From: Harriotta raleighana | Lineage: Eukaryota | Direction: 5' to 3' | NCBI GenBank assembly: GCA_050575255.1 | Contig: JBNZDD010013712.1 | Span: 2,311,628 to 2,375,627 of the forward strand | Length of the DNA stretch: 64,000 nucleotides | In this document: piece by piece, positions 50,710-63,200 of the stretch | Numbering within the stretch: the first letter of the stretch is position 1 | Layout: every line of letters starts with the position of its first letter | Program-made: the position numbers and the translations under genes | Notes under the pieces: generated by a model | Databases searched by the model: none | Seen by the model: only the letters and a program-made list of their open reading frames with translations | Told to the model about the DNA's origin: nothing

Positions 50710-51125
50710 AAGTCCTCACTGAGCTCATTTTCAAGGCCATTCACGACCTTGTCTCCGCCCATCTCTCCAACCTACTGTCTCCCTATCAGCATGCCCATGC
50801 CCTCCGTTCAGCAGACTCTGGCCTACTCCATGTCACCCATCCGAACCTCCCTACCATCGGTGGCCGGGCTTTCAGCCTCTCTGCCCCCACACTCTGGAAC
50901 TCCATCCCACAATCCCTTCACCTCGCTTCCTCCCTTTCCTCCTTTAAGGCCAGTCTTAAGACCTTCCTTTTCGACCGTACCTTCTGTTCCCTCCTGACTC
51001 TCCCCACTCTCTTATTCTCTTTCCCACTAGCCTGATCTCCCCACACCCCTACTCGGGTCCCGACCTAACTATTGAGCATTTTAAGACTTTAAAATTACAC
51101 CTTGGTGTGTAATTTTGTTGTTGTT
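50710..51125 (+). mobile_element. L2 3' fragment
   Basis: accatcggtggccgggctttcagcctctctgcccccacactctggaac translates to TIGGRAFSLSAPTLWN. Confidence 0.88.
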
Positions 51126-52164
51126 CTGGTTGAACTCTCACATACAGAACATCTTTCCTTCCTGTGAAATGCAAGGCTACGTGCAAGACAATGAGAAACT
51201 ATGGCCTGCATATACACATTACAGTGTTAACATTTTGCTGTCTTAACCAGCTTCCCATCAATTTTTAAATGATTTCAATTTTACACAATTTACTTATAAA
51301 AAGAAATTGCCTACTATGTCGCACAATACTTCCAGCTTGGAACATGTTTCCCTTGGGGCTTCAACTTGCAGTATTGAAGACATGTCCACACCTCAAAATT
51401 GGATTACTGGTTTTGCTAGGATCATCTTTTCAGACCTAGTTCTGCCCCGGGGGAAGACTGCTCATATCTCTCTTCCTCACACACACCTCAACACACATCC
51501 ATGTTCCACTTCAAGGATTATTTTTAAAACTCCAAACAAAAGAGATCCCAGTTTATTCCACTGACCATTAAACCTGTGCTTTACATCCACCGGAATCCCT
51601 TTTCTTTCAGTGAAATTTATGAAATCCAATGTTACTGATGCATGCAGAAAGACAGAACCAATAATCCTTGCATTTCATATTTTATCAACGTCTCAAAGTG
51701 CTTCACGGAATGTACTGTTAAGTAAATTGACTATATTTTTTGGGCGAAATATCAGTTCTCAATGTTGTTAAACTGGCTCAAAAAGAGCCACAGAATGTTG
51801 AACCCAGACAACTCTCAGTTGTCTGGTTCCTGAGCCAGGCATTACTCCAGAGACTTGAAAGGACATATAAGACACTGGCAGGAGGGCAGAGATTCTTCCC
51901 CACTGAGCCCCTAATCTCCCTGTAAGGCATAGTCCTAAAAAGTAGGGCTTCCCCACTGCACAAGCAGTAGGGATGTTTGCCAGATGCCAGACTGTGCTTT
52001 CAATGGCAAGCGAGCTATGCATTATTGTACTGGTTAGACTCCAGATAATCCCCAGGACACACACTCTGGTGACCCCAAGCCTTGGCTCTTTCCAACCTTT
52101 GCCACATACACCCTGGAATTAAGTGAGCAGGGTGTGTCCCACCAGGGAGAGTGTCTACACATGC

Positions 52165-52645
52165 AGTCCAGTTTATCCAGAACTCCAACGCTCGCTCCCC
52201 CATTACCCCAGTCCTTGCCAGACTTCATTGGCTCCCTATCCCAGAGAGGATTGATTTCAAGATACTCATCCTCGTTTTCAAATCCCTCCACTCCTCTGCA
52301 ACCCCCTACCTCTCTGACCTCCTCTCTCCTCAAACAAGCAACCGTTGCCTTCGCTCCACCGGGTCTGGCCTCCTCCATGTTCCCCGAATTCTCCGCTCCA
52401 CCCTCGGCGGCTGTGCCTTCAGCCACCATGCCCTGAGGCTCTGGAATTTCCTTCCTCACTTCCTCCGTTTCGCCCCATCTTTTTCCAGTTTCAGGTCCCA
52501 GCTGAAGACCTTTCTCTTCGACCGCGGCTTTGGTCACCTTTCTACCCGTGCCTCTGGCTCGGTCCCAGGATTCGCTATTGTGAAGCGCTCTGAGACGCCG
52601 TCCGGCATGGAGGGTGCAATATAAATCGAAGTTGTTGTTGTTGCA
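52165..52645 (+). mobile_element. L2 RT 3' fragment, well preserved
   Basis: QFIQNS...PITPVLARLHWLPIPERIDFKILILVFKSLHSSATPYLSDLL...LKTFLFDRGFG; (TTG)n tail. Confidence 0.93.
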
Positions 52646-52659
52646 GTCACTCCATTTCA

Positions 52660-52915
52660 TGGAGTCTTGTAGCTCAGTGGTTAGATCACTCACCTCACAA
52701 GCAAAAAACCTGTCTTTGATTCCCAGCAGGACAAAACCTTGGGCAAGTTGCCTTATTCCAAATGCCTAATAATTATCAATCAAGAAAAAAAAAAAAATTT
52801 GATCACTTCAATCCACGACTGTTTGTGGGACATTGCTATACACAACTGGCTGCTGCATTTTGCACACAAATACACAAATTCCCTTTACATCGCTGTGTGA
52901 AGTGTTTTGAAGCCA
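52660..52915 (+). mobile_element. tRNA-derived Deu-domain SINE
   Basis: ggagtcttgtagctcagtggttaga head and Deu core. Confidence 0.85.
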
Positions 52916-54277
52916 CAAACACTCACAACCAGGGATATTTTTCAGGGCCACATATACTCATTGTCAGTAACAGTACAATCATTGCGATGGGAGTTTATAA
53001 TGGAATTGTCTTCTAAGTACACATAGCAAGATATCTCCTCCTATTGCTGGTAACTATCGATCAGCAAAATTTCATTCCACAGCTTTTGTCATCATGCAGC
53101 TCAGTAAATTACTGGAGGAGAAATGCCACACCACTGGATCAAAGCAACTTCAAAATAACAGAAAAAATCCATGCTTTTAATTCATGATCTACTACATTTA
53201 GAATTCAACACTTATGAATATAGTTTTATGATTAAAAAGTAATTTGGTTACTAAACAATAAAACAAACTAATCTATTACCTTGACTTTCCAACATTTCCT
53301 TTATTGAACAAATGCAGTTAGATTGATAGTGGCGAGCACAAGACTTGATTAACTTCAGTAACTGCTCAGACCATGGATGGATTGATAGTCAGATTTAATA
53401 AGTCCCAACAGCAATTTTCTATCCTGGACTGAAACACAGAGTAAAAAGTGCTTTATATAAATAAAATGCAGAGAACTCAACTATGATTTATCAGGTCTCC
53501 AAAATATTCAATCACCACATACTTGACATTGGTTTGATTTATGAATTGTGCGACTCTGGACAACATAACTTGGAACTGGATTTTTCTCCAGTTTGCATTG
53601 AGCAAATGGCACAAAGCACTTCCACATCACATATGTGCTAAAGACATGACAAGCATCGACATTGCAAAGCATTGCAATAATCATGCAAGAAAACATCATT
53701 CCAACCTTGCTACAGTAGCTGCATTTGCTTTTCCCCTCCTCCTGACTTCTCTCAGTGGTTAGGCCAGGTTCCACTTTCGGTCCAGCACAGACTGGCCACT
53801 CCAATATCCCTATGGCCCATACAAATAGAAAGGTTTCCAAATGTTGTAGGCATGCCTGTGTATGCAAGCATACGTGTTCTGCTGTCTCGATAGAAACTAA
53901 AGTATCTTGTGTATGTGGTTCACATGAACTGGCCTGAATCATATTTATTAAGCCATCAATGTGAATCCAATAGTTTAGCTCCTGTTTAAACACAAGGTAA
54001 CATAATGTCCACCATCAGGATCAGCAATCAGAAATGATTAGATAAGCAGGACTTCTCTGCATTGAAAGAGACGACTTTTGTAGCAGGGGGAGCAGGTACA
54101 AGTTGCCAAAAGTGATTGAGAATTAAACGTTTAGATACACAAAAACTGCAAATTAGTGGATGTAGCCTGCTGTGTAGGACAATGTCAGGACAAACACAAG
54201 GAAGTATTTCTAAAAATAAAAATGCAATATTTATCCAGGAATGGGGATTGAGCATTAGATACTGACTTAAACAACCA

Positions 54278-54665
54278 CCTCGCAAGCGAGAGGACTGGAG
54301 TTAAATTCCTGGACAGGGTGAAACATTAGGCACGTTTCCTTACTCCACACACCTCTGCTCACCTAGCAGTAAGTAGGAACCCGGCTGTTAATTGATTGGC
54401 AGAACGCTTTTCTGGGACTAATACAATAAAATCTTGATAATCCGGCACCGTTGAGACCACTCACCTCCCGGTTTTGGGATTTTGCTGGCACAATATTTAG
54501 AACTTACACTAGAAATAGCTGGAGAAGCCCGTCCCATATGCCCCCCACAGTGTGCCATAAACACAGCACTGAAGCCAAACTATGCTTGAGCTCCACCCAC
54601 AGCACTGGATGATAGAGCAGCGGCAGCGTGAACTGTAAGCAGCTGTTCCAAATTTTGAGAAAATG
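54278..54665. mobile_element. Long-form SINE 5' half (54278-54421) followed by a partial MITE (54424-54665) of the 42588 family in opposite orientation
   Basis: cacctagcagtaagtaggaacc, then ta|caataaaatcttgataatccggc...aacacagcactgaagccaaac, which is the reverse complement of 42690-42921. Confidence 0.82.
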
Positions 54666-54884
54666 CTCAGTGGACTCTTGCATAATTACATTATATCTCC
54701 TCCTCTTAACTCATGCTCCCAGGCTCAATACCATCCCTGACATTCCATTGCCAAGCAGGACACCCCAGCCACTTCCGCCCCGAGACTGCATTTAACTCGT
54801 TTCTCCCCTACTTACAGGATGTTTGACACGCAACAAAGTGCAAATTTTAATCCAAATGGAAGCATGGCTGAGACCAATGAGCTG

Positions 54885-55160
54885 GACCAAAATCAGAACT
54901 AGGCCATGAGAGAAATCAGGAAGCACTTTTTCACTCAATGGGTCGGACAAATCTGGAACTCTCTCCCCCAAAAGGCAATGGATGATGGGTCAATTGAACT
55001 TTGCAAGAGTGAGGTGGATAGATTTTGTTAGGTAAGAGTATGAAGGGATACAGAGTAAAGGCGGGTAATTGGAATTGAGGTAGATATCAAGCATGGTGTA
55101 ATAGAAGGCTTGGACAAGGTTCAAGGGCTAAATCGCCTACTTCCCTTCCTATGTTCCAAT
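54885..55160 (+). mobile_element. CR1-type 3' fragment
   Basis: REIRKHFFTQWVGQIWNSLPQKAMD motif; tail ends cctatgttcc. Confidence 0.85.
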
Positions 55161-55576
55161 GTTGAGTATAACAAGTGATGAGATAAGATAGATTTAAGAA
55201 TAAATCAGGGAATGAAATTTCTGCACATTTCTTCTCTGATCAGATCTACTAAATATCATTGTGTGAAGCATGTGCTGATCATCATTTTGAATTGTGAATT
55301 CAGAGATTGACAGATGAAAGAGTTGAATCTTGGTCCAAAATTTGAACCTTTTCTTTGCCACAGAATGGAAGCCTCTCAACCACATGATTGTCAGCGAGCA
55401 AAAACTCTAGGCTCATAATCAGTTCTTTGGAACTGTCCTCAGAATGAGAGGAAATTGAAGATTGCATATAGATATTGCCTGAATGATCAGCATGGTGTTG
55501 AAAGGAATTGCTCAAATCATCTCAACCTCAAACAAATACACAACTGACTAACCTGGCAGGTAATACTGATACTACT

Positions 55577-55800
55577 AATAATAATAATCCTTGCATTTGA
55601 TATAGCGTTTTTTACATCTTCTATACGTCTCAAAGAGTTTTAAGTGAATTTTTTGCGGCAACCAATTACGCATTGCAGTATCCCACAAAGAGTCGTGGCA
55701 GAAACGACCAATTTATTATTGTTGTTTTTTTTTGGGAGGGATTATTATTTGGAGCGTGGAGTGAGGAAACTGCCCACGGTTTCGCTCTGATCTGCCGAGA
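55577..55800 (-). mobile_element. Deu-domain SINE (partial)
   Basis: Reverse tail, degenerate core and gcgtggagtgaggaaac. Confidence 0.75.
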
Positions 55801-56404
55801 AGCGAAGGAAGAAGGGGATGTGGGTAAAGTTGGTTGAAAGTGTAGACTACAGGCAGCTCTTACAAATGGAGTGATCCATTTCTGAAGATGCACTAGGTCG
55901 CTCCATCCTTGCTCCATTCTAAACATCTGTAAGCCGCTGTGCAGAATGGATGGGGACATTTGCTGCAACATATACCAAATTTTATTAGGTCAAGACATAG
56001 GGAGCAAGTTCAAGTATTTATCTTTGATTTAAGTACAACAGCTTTGTTGTCAGACTGTTTTCTCAATAGATCTTGAATAGAATAAATCCCTACAGAACAA
56101 TGCAACATGTGAAGCTGGTAAGTGAAGCTCTTTTTATGTGCTAAGTGGTGCATGGTTACACTGTTGACTCCTGAAGGTCAATGCTCCTGTTGATGAGGGA
56201 AATGTTGAGAAAGATAGCGGGGGAGCTGTCACTGTCAACCACTTAGCTTGTTCACTTCTTTAGGCCATCATCGTAAGGTAATAGTGCCCAGAATCTCTAT
56301 TTGTCTGGACAATCTGTTTGTGTTTCTCAGAACCCTTCTACATCAAAGTTGAAGATTCTTCATGTACGGTCACCGACCATTGATCCACAAAGAACTTTGT
56401 ACTT

Positions 56405-56548
56405 GTGTTTTTTTTTGAGGGATTAGAATTAGGCGTGTGGAGTAAGGAAACTTGCCCAAGGTTTCGCCCTGACCTGCCTGAATTCGAACACAGGTGTCAC
56501 GCTTGTAAGACGAGTGCTCAGTACCACTGAGCTATAGGAGCTCCACTG
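56405..56548 (-). mobile_element. SINE 5' half (tRNA-like head)
   Basis: Reverse complement of the 44694-44830 head. Confidence 0.85.
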
Positions 56549-57917
56549 ACATGCACTAGTTGGGACAAGTGCACCATTTCTGTGTTGCAGTCTCTGTAAA
56601 TATACACTAAAGGTGGGGGGAGAGGTGGGGCGGTGGGGAGGCAGGACAGTGAAGCAACAATATTCCAGTTTAATGTGAGTGCTGAAGGGTGGTTCCAACA
56701 CCTTGGGACATCCTCCTGACATGAAAGGCACTATACAAGTGTAATTTTGTTATTGTTGTTGTTTGACATTGTGTCAGGGAGACGGGGAAGGTGACCGTAA
56801 ACAGGTTGGTAAAGAAAGTCTTCAGGTGCGATATGAAGTTGGGTACAGAAGGGGCAAGGCAGAGGGATTAAGGCAGAGGGTTCCAGAGGTTTAAAACTAT
56901 ATGAACCAAATTCGCAAATACGCTGTGATTCACAAATCATTTTAATTTCCAATCTGTCCAGCAGGACTAGAGTTTGTTTTAAGCATGGTACAGATATTAA
57001 CTGTGAATAGTCTTTCAACATGCCAGGGATGTTTTGCATAAATACAAAATTGAATTGAAATACAAAACCTTCAGCCAGTTCACAACTCGGCAGCTCTTCT
57101 TAACTGCTTCCGTTTCAAAGAAAACATCAGCAACAATTCCCATCTAATAATTAATAATGATTATTAATGTATTTTTAATTTTTATTATTAAATCTATGGT
57201 TGTCTTATTGTCTAATCGTGGCCCCATTATTGCATCAAAACCCCTGTACAATTCTTGTAGACTTCAACAATTAAATTTTTAATGGTTGAAATGCACCTCT
57301 GTGAATTGTGAAATTGTTCAATGGTTTCATTACATTCACACACACACACACACACACTGCCTTGCTGGGCCTAAAATGTGTTTAAGTGCTATACATTCAT
57401 CTGTTTCAATATATTCCTGAAAAAAACCAATAGAAATTCTCAAGGCCGAAAGTCAATGCGGAAAATCAGATACCCTGTCAAACTCCCTATCTACTTATTC
57501 CTTGGTTTGCAGTTCATCATAGATATGGCAGCAGAGAGGGAAACCATTCAGCTCATTGAGTTTTTATTATCAAGAGTTCCCCTACTTCAGCTGTTATCCT
57601 AAACCCACACCTTCCCTCACCTCTTCTAATAACATTTATCTGTTTAATTACACCCCTGTGCACACAAAACTGAGGTCTCAAAATGAATATGCTACTTTAA
57701 TGTCACAATAGAGATTTGGATTAAGAATACCGTTTGCCCATTTGATTAAATCTCCACATTGTAGCATCAAGCCATTTTTATAAAGAAGTCCAGAGTTCTA
57801 TCATCAACCATCCTTCCGGGGTAATCACACACTTCCTGCTTTCTGTCTTGAAGTTGCCCTTTGCAATCCTCAATCGTATTCTTCTGCCATGGAGCATCTA
57901 AACATATTGTTCCATTT

Positions 57918-58150
57918 TAGAACAGAAAAACTCGAAGCAAGAGTTGGCTATTCAGCGCCTCGAGCCTTCCCCGCCGTTTAATAAGATCATGGCTGATCTT
58001 CTAACCTAACTCCATTTACCCGCCCTATCGCCATATTCCTTAAGCCCTCCATCCACAGCCATAAATTCACTGCCCACTGAGTGAAGAAATGTGTCCTCAA
58101 CTCTGTTCGAAAAGGCTGACCCCTAATCTTGAGACCGTGACCTCCTAGTT
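57918..58150 (-). mobile_element. CR1-type 3' fragment
   Basis: aagatcatggctgatct and ttcactgcccactgagtgaagaaatgt...accctaatcttgagaccgtgacc; the reverse strand gives GHGLKIRG...RTHFFTQ. Confidence 0.8.
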
Positions 58151-58319
58151 TTAATTTACTTATCTATTCCACTTAAAATCATACGTGCCTCTAGCCCGAG
58201 GCACACAAATGAATATCCCATTTAGCTCCCCTTATAATCTCTTACCTTTTTGCCAGTTGTGAATCCATGTCCTTGTCTCGTTCTTGATGCCCAGTGACAT
58301 ATCTATAACTCGAGGAAGC

Positions 58320-58992
58320 ATCCCTTGGGATTTTGATCCCCAGCTTTCCTTTGTACCTCAGAACATAGCAGCCAAAACCCTTGTCCATGCCTTCAACACT
58401 TTCCAGCTGGACTATTCCAATGCCATCCTCACTGATCTCAGCGCCTTGGGACGTCTCTCTGACGTGAAAGGCCCTAAACAAGTGTAATTGTATTGTTGTT
58501 GTTGTCTCCCCAGTTACACCATACACAAAATTCAAGTAATTCACAACACTGCTGTCTGGATTCTCACCCACACAAACCTCCATACTCCTATCAAGACACT
58601 ATTGGCTCCAATTACTGAATGGATCAATTTCAAAATCCTCTCACTCCTTTTCAAATCCCTTCATGTCCTTGCACCACCAGACCTATTTGATTTGCATACC
58701 CTCCTACTCCTCCACCTGCTGCCTCCACCCGGTTGGTTCTGCCTTCTGTTTATCCCTCGTCCCCTCCACTATTGGTGGTTGTACCTTTAGCCAATATACC
58801 CTGAAATCCTGGGACTCCCTGAATCTATCTGCCTTGCTCCCTCCATCCCTTTTCAAATCCCACCAAAAGACATTCCCTTTTCATTGTGCTTTCAAACACC
58901 TTCCCGCTCACCCTGGATCGGTGTCAGACTCCATTACCGTCAAGTGCTCTGAGATGCTACCCTGTCTATATGAATGCAAGTTGTTATTGTTG
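58320..58992 (+). mobile_element. Degenerate L2 RT fragment with a nested short L2-tail insertion (58438-58503)
   Basis: KTLVHAFNTFQLDYSNAILTDL, then HKIQVIHNTAVWILT...WINFKILSLLFKSLH. Confidence 0.85.
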
Positions 58993-59110
58993 AGGCAACA
59001 TGTGAACACAAGCAGAGAAAGAGGCATTTCTTTGGTGTTAGGAAATCCATTGGATAAAAAGCTAAAGATGAATGTCAAAACATTTGCACAACTAAAAGTA
59101 TTTCTGCCAG

Positions 59111-59935
59111 TTGTAAAACCTTGTTTATCCGTGACTTGAATAATCGGAAAACCCATTCAACTGCCATCTCAAAAAAAAGTCCCAATTTGATTAACTGGAA
59201 ATTATCCGGCGACGCGTTTAGTGTCGGGTCAAAATTAGTTCCTGCTCCTTTTTGAAAGTCGCGTTTTTTTTTACCTCGTTCGGATGAGTGCCTGCCGTTG
59301 CAAAGTTAAGTACTGTATACATAATAAATATTGCTGCAGGTAGCGGCCAGAGAGAGAGGGAGGGAGGGAGCAGGGGGAATGGAGAAATGGAGGAAACGGA
59401 GAAAGAGAGGGAGGGGGGAATGGAGAGACAGAGAAAGATAGAGGGGGGGGAATGGAAAGGTCTGGGAAAGGGAAAGAGAGAGATGGGGGAAAGCATAATG
59501 GAGCGACAGAGAGAGAGAGTGATGCAGGCAGGTTGATGCAGAGAGAGAGAGGGAGGAAGAGAGAGGAAAGGAGGGTGGGGGGGCGAGGGTTGTGGACAGA
59601 ATTTATATGATGGATTCAGACTGAATATCTTTGAGGGTCTGTGTCTTGTCTATCTGTCTGTGTGTATGTGTGTGTGTGCTGGCCACTCGTCAGATCTAAA
59701 CTCTCTGCTTTTAAAAGTCGTGTTTTGTTTTACCTCCGTCGAATCAGTGCTGTGATTGTGAAATTAAGTATAAATAATAATGTACTAATAGAATATTCTG
59801 TTATTATTTAGTCTATTATTAATATGGTATGTGTTAAAATAATTTTTAATTTAAAAAAAAATGTTTAAAACCCTATTTAACCAGAAATCCGCTACTGGTC
59901 AGGTCCCCTGGGTGCCGGATAAACAAGTTTTACTG
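59111..59935. mobile_element. Non-autonomous Tigger/pogo-like DNA transposon (~825 bp)
   Basis: Left end gtaaaaccttgtttatccg; right end cggataaacaagttttactg|TA. Contains an internal ~85-bp direct repeat and a GA-rich tract. Confidence 0.75.
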
Positions 59936-60094
59936 TATTTAGGATTTGCGTGAATTCCATTGGATTATAGAAAGGAAAACAACACATCAATCTCAAGATG
60001 CTGATCTTGATTAGGACCCTGAAGGGTACCAGCTGCATCTGAATACATGGAGAGCAATTGTCTGGTGGAATCAGGTCCCCAAATGGTCAGGAGA

Positions 60095-60295
60095 TCAGCT
60101 TGTGTAAAGCCAATGTCCTGGTAACATTCCAACTGGGGCTTTTCCAGGTTTATAAGGTGATCCATCTGGAGGACAGATGCCTTGGCTCTCTCTAATGTCA
60201 TCATTGCCAACTAGTCACCAAGAGAAGTGAAAGCCTCTGATGTGTCGATGGACAAACATCAATGACAGGCACTATGTAAAGTCTCTGTGACCAGG
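60095..60295 (-). mobile_element. DIRS-like retrotransposon RT relic
   Basis: RDFT*CLS...LGD*LAM...HLINLEKPQLECYQDIGF resembles PRVFTKCL...YLDDWL...GFxINxEKSQLxPxQxIxFLG. Confidence 0.55.
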
Positions 60296-63200
60296 TTCAA
60301 AGAATGAACATTTTGTAAGTAACAATAGCTATCATTTTACCACTACCTATGTTACTCCCTGCAAAATGGATAAGGCAAGTCATGGATGAATGCATCACTG
60401 CCTCCCATCTAATTCCCCGAGCAGACTGCCTGGAAGGGATGATTTAATGAAAACAAATTTCTGAGACAATATGAGACTGAATGTATTCTTACAGCCTGAC
60501 CTGTGGCATTATCTCCACATTACAGGAGTTTTGATCTTTTAGAAATGTCACAATGGTTGAAATCCCCACACCACACAAAAAGATATGCAATTTTTTTTAA
60601 GAAGGGCTTTTGCAATTAAATCCCCTCACTGCTGCATCCGGGGCATTTCATGTGATACACCCTTTATGAGTTCAGCATCTACTGGGAAATCGTCCGGCCC
60701 TGATGCTCACAAAGGATTGAGAAATTTGCAGACGAGGCAGCATTTGGTAGTAGGAGCTACAGAGTCTGACAATATCTAACCTACTTAATATGCCATTAAG
60801 TGTGTGACCTTTCAGTTTAACAGCAGTGCTTGAACTTGCTGGAAAACGAAACAAAAGCAAAGTTAAATAGAATAACACAGCAGATAGCAATACTTGCTCA
60901 GATGAACCTCATGCAGGCTGTTTTTGGGGGGAAGGGGGAGTCACTTCACTAATATCAGACAGCTACTTAATACAATTGCAGCAAAACATTTCAAAGAGAG
61001 AGGGAGAGAAACATCCCATTTTCCAACTCTTTGGATTTGAGATTCTTGTTGACTTGAATCAATTGCTCTACAATTGTGACAGATATATCCTACAGATACT
61101 GTCAAAACTAGTCTGTCGTTCCTATTCAAAATGAGAATCGGCAGCACAACTATTTATCTAGATTTTATTTCGCCAAATTACAATTTTCCATTAAGCTCAG
61201 TTTTATTACTGAAATGACAAAAGCTGACATTACGCGCACCTTGAAATGCCTGCACAATGTGGACACAGTAATGCGTTTTGCTCAACAAAAAGAACAGAAA
61301 ATGATTATCTACCGATCACTGGAAGCCTTCATTTAACCTGAAGCAGTTATCATCTGATGGGGTGCATCTCAAGGGCATGTAATTGGAAATCAAAAGATCT
61401 TAACCCTATCTAACTCATTTAGAAGGTCGCATTTAGAATTCTAGTAATTGGATATCGATGTTAAGGGAGAGAGTTCAGAGAAAAGTAACAATAACTTCAG
61501 GAATTAAAACTGTAATAGTATTTAAACTGATCCTCATCGGAGGTGTGATGGTGCAGAAAGGGAGAGGACATGGGCAAAATCGGTCTTCATAACAGTGGAT
61601 GGATATTGTAAACATAAGCAAGTTATTTAACAGCAGAGCTAGAGAATGAAGCATAAAATCAATTGATCTCTAAATGGGATTAGAAATTAAAATATCTTCC
61701 CTGCTCCAGTACAGTACATACATAAAAACACATTTTTTTATTGCCAAGCTAAGTGTTTTTAGCTGGTTAAACTCCAGCAGTGCTTCAATCATCAACACTC
61801 TGGGGTCTGCATATCTCAGCTTTGCCAACCTGTGCCTTATACACTCTGGAATGAAGTTCCTCTGGAGAGACTGTGTGCATTCCATTCTAACCCATAGGAA
61901 TTTATATGTGTTGGTGGCTAGGATAGAATTCTGCCTGGTTTGGATGCTCTTAAGTATGTTGATGTCTTTTTCCATGCATCAAACTCCCATCAAAAACAAC
62001 AAATTATATGTTTTGGCAATTCCTTAAAAAGGATCTGGACTAATATGTGGGTTACACAATGGCATAGAACGAGGAATTCCTTCACCAAACAACCTCCTGT
62101 TTTCACCCCACCACCTCCAACTTCTCTCCAATTCTAATTTGGAAAAAGTCTGAGTCAGTATTAGTTTTCTCTAATTTCAACACAAACAATAAGGCTCAGG
62201 AGCTGTTTCAATGATAGCATTTCCAATTCTGATGGAGGACACATAGAAGCTTTGGATGCAGCACATTTGCAGGATAATAACTGTGTTATTCTTCATTCCT
62301 AGATCATGATTTCCTACCTACAAACAAAGAGATTGAAAACATCAACCAGTCAAGTTTATTTTTAGTGCTTTATAACTTTGATAAATGTAAATCGCTACTC
62401 TATCTCTAAGGGCATCAATTATTCCACCCACCCTCGCAGACAAGTGGATTAATAGTACTGTATCCATAATGCCTATTAAAAGTATCTCTACGAGGACCGT
62501 CATTGTGTTGAGATGAGATGCAAGACAATCTGACAATGCTGCCTCCATCCCCTAGAAATAAAATAATAGAAACCAAAGTGTTAGGTATCAAAGAGGAAGA
62601 CAGTAGAGAAAGATCAGGCAGTTCTTATTTTAGTTATTTAATTTGGGTTAAATGTTCTTCACATTTTGTTTGTTTCTTTCTGCACTTTTTCACATCCTTA
62701 ATCCTCATTTATTATGTTGAAAGTGTCTCATTCTCTCAGTGTTCCACCTCCACCAATTCACTTTCTATTCGTCTCGTCCTGTTTTGCTCCTGCCCCAATC
62801 TGTTGTCTCTCCTCTTTAATACCACCATTGCATTTTTCAGTTAACACTAAGAACATCAGNTCTCGTCCTGTTTTGCTCCTGCCCCAATCTGTTGTCTCTC
62901 CTCTTTAATACCACCATTGCATTTTTCAGTTAACACTACGAACATCAGAAATCCCAAATATCTGATCAGCAGAATTGCTGCTATCATTGATCAGAAAACC
63001 AACTCTTCAAGACGCTNGAAATCCCAAATATCTGATCAGCAGAATTGCTGCTATCATTGATCAGAAAGCCAACTCTTCAAGATGCTCTAAACCCAATGCA
63101 TGAAATGCTTTCATTTATTTTCCTACTGGCTTTGGGTGTTTCCAGGATTCATTGAAGCAGTTAGTTATCATAGTATTGGGATCACACATTTAATGAAACT

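Noticed and set aside
53508-53993. 161-aa Cys-rich minus-strand ORF (KSKCSYCSK)
   Set aside because: Could be a decayed transposase zinc finger, but no complete motif is recognisable; it needs BLASTX.
55194-55515. Coding-looking minus-strand stretch
   Set aside because: Short, frameshifted ORFs from no family I can recognise.
61670-62600. ORFs such as EKDINILKSIQTR
   Set aside because: At most highly decayed CR1 RT remnants; too degenerate to delimit.
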